DNA of 2,547 nucleotides from Escherichia coli (GTDB lineage Bacteria; Pseudomonadota; Gammaproteobacteria; Enterobacterales; Enterobacteriaceae): NCBI RefSeq assembly GCF_003334785.1, contig NZ_QOWV01000056.1; one strand, 5' to 3'. Shown piece by piece: positions 1 to 2,547 of this stretch (position 1 is its first letter; each line of letters starts with the position of its first letter). The notes under the pieces were generated by a model. It saw only the letters and a program-made list of their open reading frames with translations, ran no database searches and was not told where the DNA came from. The position numbers and the translations under genes were made by a program.

Positions 1-266
1 GCCCGCCGCAGACGCAGCATGTGTTTTGTGTATCCCCGGCGGCCCGGGTCGCGCACACGGGTCTGGCAGGCGAAGAATGGCTGAAAGCCTTCCCGCTGCA
101 GGCTTTCCAGTACGGTGATGGTGGGGATGTACGTATAGTTCTGGCTTCGGGACGTGTGTTTATCTTCCCCGAAAATCCCCGGCACATAGTGCATCAGTTC
201 TTCGTGTGTCAGCGGACGGTCACGGCGTATCTGGTTCGCATAACCAAAACGACTGGCTAGTCGCAT
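1..266 (-). CDS. DUF932-family (YfjQ-like) genomic-island protein, N-terminal 88 codons; gene runs off the window start
   Basis: Minus-strand frame open from ATG at 266..264 to position 3 with no stop; translation begins MRLASRFGYANQIRRDRPLTHEELMHYVPGIFGEDKHTSRSQNYTYIPTITVLESLQREGFQPFFACQTRVRDPGRRGYTKHMLRLRR. AAGGAG Shine-Dalgarno 6 nt upstream. The N-terminus matches my recollection of YfjQ/DUF932 proteins of CP4-57-like islands (MRLASRFG...YTYIPT...GFQPFFACQ.RVRD...YTKHMLRLR); not database-checked. The provided + ORF 21..260 is the antisense shadow of this gene. Confidence 0.8.
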   Translation of the reverse strand, partial: MRLASRFGYANQIRRDRPLTHEELMHYVPGIFGEDKHTSRSQNYTYIPTITVLESLQREGFQPFFACQTRVRDPGRRGYTKHMLRLRR

Positions 267-272
267 AATTTG

Positions 273-278
273 CTCCTT
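273..278 (-). promoter_or_regulatory. Shine-Dalgarno (AAGGAG) for the DUF932-family gene
   Basis: Minus-strand AAGGAG followed by CAAATT then ATG (spacing 6 nt). Confidence 0.6.
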
Positions 279-311
279 ATCGGTGGTTAAGATTTACTGG
301 TGTAATAAATG

Positions 312-343
312 AAAAAGCCACGTCTCCCGGAGAAGACGCGGCC
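312..343 (-). terminator. Rho-independent terminator-like hairpin plus T-tract (minus strand)
   Basis: Minus strand reads GGCCGCGTCT-TCTCCGGG-AGACGTGGC then TTTTTCATTTATT: a 9-bp GC-rich stem (one G-U wobble), 8-nt loop, then a T5 run. It sits about 25 nt downstream of the stop of the 366-620 open frame and about 50 nt upstream of the DUF932 start. The + strand has no T-tract after the hairpin. Confidence 0.5.
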
Positions 344-365
344 TGATGGGTGAAATGAATGACGT

Positions 366-539
366 TTATTGTCTGAGAAGACCGTCACTGGCGAGCCGTG
401 TATTAAGCACCTTTCCGGCATCGGGTTCAGAATTCCGGCAGCGCCAGCGTCGCTGACCTTCCGCGTTGCGGATAATCCGCCGGAAATGCATTCCTAGATA
501 AACACATTGCGGTAAGCTGTTATGACAGCAACTGTCTGT
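366..539 (-). pseudogene. Possible 3' remnant of a truncated backbone gene (open frame without a credible start); alternatively a 41-aa arginine-rich small ORF
   Basis: Minus-strand frame open from 620 to a TAA stop at 368..366 (...[49 protein letters not shown]). The only in-frame ATG (491..489) gives 41 aa and has no spaced Shine-Dalgarno. The GC-rich part resembles the backbone in composition and is followed by the terminator at 312-343. Identity unknown. Confidence 0.3.
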
Positions 540-600
540 TTGCGTGAGAAAGGATCTTCGGAAAATAAAAGTAATGTACAGCCCGTCATGTGTTTTCAGG

Positions 601-633
601 TAAAAATAAAGCCCCTGCCATTATGGCAGAGGA
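601..633 (-). terminator. Putative intrinsic terminator downstream of the 137-aa secreted-protein gene
   Basis: Minus strand reads CCTCTGCCA-TAA-TGGCAGGGG followed by CTTTATTTTTA: an imperfect 8-9 bp stem then a T-rich tract, about 55 nt past the stop at 687. Confidence 0.4.
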
Positions 634-686
634 TTTATTTACATTTGATATTAATAACGCGCAGATAAGATACTATAATTCATACA

Positions 687-1100
687 TTAAATTTTGATTT
701 CGTCAAGCCCGACAATCTTATGAATCGTATTGTCGTAAAGTTTAACGCCCGGTTTACCGTTTTTTAGGGTAACGAAACCGGCGGTGATGTTGCCTTCACA
801 ACTTTGATTGTTGTTGTATTTGATAGTCTGGGCTTTACCGGTATAGAAATTAATTACGTCGTATAAACCATCCCAGCACGCTGTACCCCCCATGGCGTGT
901 ACCAGACCGTATTGCATGTCTTTGGATGTGCCCAGGTATTCACAACCTCCGTCGATAGTATCAGTACCCTGACACCAAAATTCTGTACCGTCAGTAACAT
1001 CAGTCAGGTTGGTCGGTAAAGGAACGGCATTGTTTGCTGATACATTAGCAGTAAAGAAACTGATAACTGCAATCATTAAAATAGTGATGATATTTTTCAT
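687..1100 (-). CDS. Secreted (Sec signal peptide) cysteine-containing protein of unknown function, 137 aa
   Basis: Complete ORF with ATG at 1100..1098 and TAA at 689..687; GGAG 8 nt upstream of the ATG. The N-terminus MKNIITILMIAVISFFTANVSA has a basic n-region, hydrophobic h-region and VSA cleavage motif, with no lipobox cysteine. The mature ~115 aa are rich in N/T/G/Y with 4 Cys, consistent with a beta-rich periplasmic or extracellular protein. AT-rich, unlike the backbone. No family recognised by eye. Confidence 0.8.
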   Translation of the reverse strand: MKNIITILMIAVISFFTANVSANNAVPLPTNLTDVTDGTEFWCQGTDTIDGGCEYLGTSKDMQYGLVHAMGGTACWDGLYDVINFYTGKAQTIKYNNNQSCEGNITAGFVTLKNGKPGVKLYDNTIHKIVGLDEIKI

Positions 1101-1369
1101 GATAAATACTCCATTGTTTCTGATATTAAATAAAAGTATAAAAACTGTTTCTGCAATACTTATAATCCACTCGAGAGGTCAGGATTAACTCCCGACTTGT
1201 TTATTAAACACATACCTGAAGATATGACCTTCAACATGGTGATATATTTATACTATGTTTCTGACTGTCTCCTGAATCAAATAAAATATATCCGTTCCAT
1301 GATGAACATCATTTACCTGTTAAGAACACTAATAACCTGATTATTTAGTAAACTCTGCGATAAAGAATA
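1101..1369 (-). promoter_or_regulatory. AT-rich intergenic region expected to hold the promoter of the 137-aa gene
   Basis: 269-bp very AT-rich spacer between the stop of the 179-aa gene and the start of the 137-aa gene. It has several TATAAT-like hexamers, a GGAG ribosome-binding site at 1110-1113 (+ strand CTCC), and a palindrome ATGATGAACATCAT at 1299-1312. Exact -35/-10 not assignable by eye. Confidence 0.35.
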
Positions 1370-1909
1370 TCAGACCGTAAATAACACCAGTATCAGCATA
1401 ACCAACCAGACCCAGAAATACGCAGGTTTTTGTCCGAGGATTTTTGCCCGACGCCACAGATAAACCGGGATCAACCATGCCAGCCAGCCAAATGTTGCAG
1501 TATCAACACCAGATTTACGGAGTTTTCGTTCATCCAGATATCCCAGAGCAATATTCAGAATCAGAGAGATAAACCAGTACTGGCCTTCGCTGACTGCATC
1601 ATAAGCCCGTTCAAATGACATACCGTTCAGCCCTGCAGTCCACATCTCAAGTATGTACCCAATCAAAGGGGCAAATGCCAGCGTCCAGACAACGCCTCCG
1701 GGAATGCGGTGACCCGGAAGGGCTGGGGGAACTTCACTTTGTTTCAGTATTTCCGCCAGTGATGTGGCTGAAACTGGCTGCCATTCCAGCATGCCCTGTT
1801 GCCACACCAGTGTTGATGCATTCAGTTCACCACGCCGGATACGTTCGATAATATCTTCCTCTGTTACGTTATCATAACGTACACCATTTTTTTCATAATG
1901 CCAGTTCAT
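1370..1909 (-). CDS. Membrane protein with N-terminal GYF_2/DUF4339-like domain and 3-4 C-terminal transmembrane helices, 179 aa
   Basis: Complete ORF with ATG at 1909..1907 and TGA at 1372..1370; strong AGGAG 6 nt upstream. Residues 1-55 (MNWHYEKNGVRYDNVTEEDIIERIRRGELNASTLVWQQGMLEWQPVSATSLAEI) fit the W-Y..NG...G.I..TLVW..GM.W pattern I associate with DUF4339 (GYF_2); recollection, not searched. Hydrophobic segments at about residues 72-93, 110-124, 139-152 and 163-179. The + ORFs 1430..1618 and 1615..1851 are antisense shadows. Confidence 0.8.
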   Translation of the reverse strand: MNWHYEKNGVRYDNVTEEDIIERIRRGELNASTLVWQQGMLEWQPVSATSLAEILKQSEVPPALPGHRIPGGVVWTLAFAPLIGYILEMWTAGLNGMSFERAYDAVSEGQYWFISLILNIALGYLDERKLRKSGVDTATFGWLAWLIPVYLWRRAKILGQKPAYFWVWLVMLILVLFTV

Positions 1910-2034
1910 CTGATTCTCCTGTTAATCATTCAGTTAATAAAATATATGACATCTGAAACAAAAAATATTTTTATAATATTCATTTTCACTCACTGTATTA
2001 AATTAAACTGAGGTGTTTTACACCACGTTATCAA
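1910..2034 (-). promoter_or_regulatory. AT-rich intergenic region expected to hold the promoter of the 179-aa gene
   Basis: 125-bp AT-rich spacer between the stop of the 117-aa ORF (2037..2035) and the start of the 179-aa gene; minus strand has TTGATA and several TATAAT/TATAAA-like hexamers. Exact elements not assignable by eye. Confidence 0.3.
1916..1920 (-). promoter_or_regulatory. Shine-Dalgarno (AGGAG) for the 179-aa membrane-protein gene
   Basis: Minus strand reads AGGAG-AATCAG-ATG. Confidence 0.6.
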
Positions 2035-2388
2035 TTATTCCTGGAACCAGGTGTTCCAGCAGTTGTCGTAGAATTTGTTACCCAAAGTCTTTTTCACATT
2101 TTTGATATTTGCGGTATAGCTGTCGACTTTCTTACCGTTTACTAAAACGTCGAATTGCGTGGCTTCACTGATAGCATCGATAAAGTATACCCATGCATTC
2201 TTATTCATTCGTGTTCCGTCGACAGATGGGGCCGGATACTTTTTATCGTTGATGATAAAAATAATATCAGAATCGTACTGATTTAGCTGGGTGGAGGTAT
2301 GACCGTAAATCCACACATAGTGTGGTGGCAAATTGTTGTCTTCTGGATTAATCGTGCAGTTAATAGAAACATTACCGATACTGAACAT
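2035..2388 (-). CDS. Signal-peptide-less paralog of the 137-aa secreted protein, 117 aa; possibly a decaying pseudogene
   Basis: ORF with ATG at 2388..2386 and TAA at 2037..2035. By-eye alignment to the 137-aa protein gives collinear motif matches: F(S/T)..NVS; W..G.(D/T).T (EFWCQGTDT vs YVWIYGHTST); W...(Y/I)D.I (WDGLYDVI vs WVYFIDAI); (K)AQ vs ATQ; (I/Y)TA; G.K(L/F)YDN (GVKLYDNT vs GNKFYDNC). The ORF starts at the equivalent of residue ~15 of the 137-aa protein, so it has no signal peptide. No Shine-Dalgarno before the ATG; in-frame TAG 9 codons upstream (2418..2416). Confidence 0.55.
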   Translation of the reverse strand: MFSIGNVSINCTINPEDNNLPPHYVWIYGHTSTQLNQYDSDIIFIINDKKYPAPSVDGTRMNKNAWVYFIDAISEATQFDVLVNGKKVDSYTANIKNVKKTLGNKFYDNCWNTWFQE

Positions 2389-2547
2389 ATCAGTGCCAGC
2401 AATACTGTTACGCGTCTACAATGCCGATTCTGTTTGTGCTACGGTTGCACTTACAGTGTAAGCGACTCGTCAGAACCGTATTGATATTTACTGAGAGCTC
2501 AGATCAACTTTCCAGGGCAACAGATCGCGTACCCGGTTTGCCGGCCA

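Noticed and set aside
21-260. Plus-strand ORF of 79 aa from the six-frame track
   Set aside because: It lies entirely antisense to the well-supported DUF932-family gene (good Shine-Dalgarno, recognisable N-terminus) and has no ribosome-binding site or recognisable product of its own.
309-353. Tiny plus-strand ORF (MKKPRLPEKTRPDG, 14 aa)
   Set aside because: Its sequence is the terminator hairpin read as codons; it is too short and has no ribosome-binding site.
687-1100. Identification of the secreted protein as an AB5 toxin B subunit or MliC/PliC lysozyme inhibitor
   Set aside because: The size and signal peptide are compatible, but I could find no motif-level match to LT/CT B, SubB/PltB, pertussis toxin subunits or MliC/PliC from memory, so naming a family would be unsupported.
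1430-1851. Plus-strand ORFs 1430..1618 (62 aa) and 1615..1851 (78 aa)
   Set aside because: Both are embedded antisense within the 179-aa membrane-protein gene, which has a strong ribosome-binding site and coherent domain architecture; their translations are low-complexity and cysteine/proline-rich.
1991-2024. Possible terminator hairpin (GGTGT-TTT-ACACC) after the 117-aa ORF, and a LexA-like CTGT motif nearby
   Set aside because: The stem is only 5 bp with a 3-nt loop and a weak T-tract, so it is not convincing. The CTGT...ACTG arrangement at 1993-2010 does not fit the CTGT-N8-ACAG LexA consensus.
687-2388. N-x-S/T sequons (NVS, NLT, NIT, NCT) in both paralogs as a hint of N-glycosylation
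   Set aside because: Both proteins are Asn/Thr/Ser-rich, so sequons are expected by chance, and no glycosyltransferase is encoded in the window.
2299-2484. Plus-strand ORF of 61 aa
   Set aside because: It overlaps the 5' end of the 117-aa minus-strand ORF in antisense, has no ribosome-binding site, and is cysteine-rich and shadow-like.
1-2547. tRNA, rRNA, CRISPR array, IS element or integrase
   Set aside because: There are no direct-repeat/spacer periodicity, no tRNA-like cloverleaf segments, no terminal inverted repeats with transposase-like ORFs, and no ORF long enough for an integrase.

Overview
The window spans a junction between GC-rich genomic-island backbone and a roughly 1.9 kb AT-rich cargo segment (about 540-2400); all convincing genes are on the minus strand. 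At the left edge (1-266) is the N-terminal part of a DUF932/YfjQ-family protein, a gene typical of CP4-57-like integrative islands in Enterobacteriaceae, recognised from memory and not searched. The cargo carries three genes with no function I can assign: a 137-aa Sec-signal secreted protein with four cysteines (687-1100), a 179-aa membrane protein with a GYF_2/DUF4339-like N-terminal domain and 3-4 hydrophobic helices (1370-1909), and a 117-aa distant paralog of the secreted protein that has lost its signal peptide (2035-2388). This three-gene module is the candidate undescribed system; a toxin/immunity-like, lectin-like or envelope-associated role is hypothesis only. Between cargo and the DUF932 gene lies a GC-rich open frame with no usable start (366-620), followed by a clear minus-strand intrinsic terminator (312-343), most simply a gene remnant. 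No tRNA, rRNA, CRISPR array or transposase was recognised. All GC estimates and protein comparisons were done by eye.
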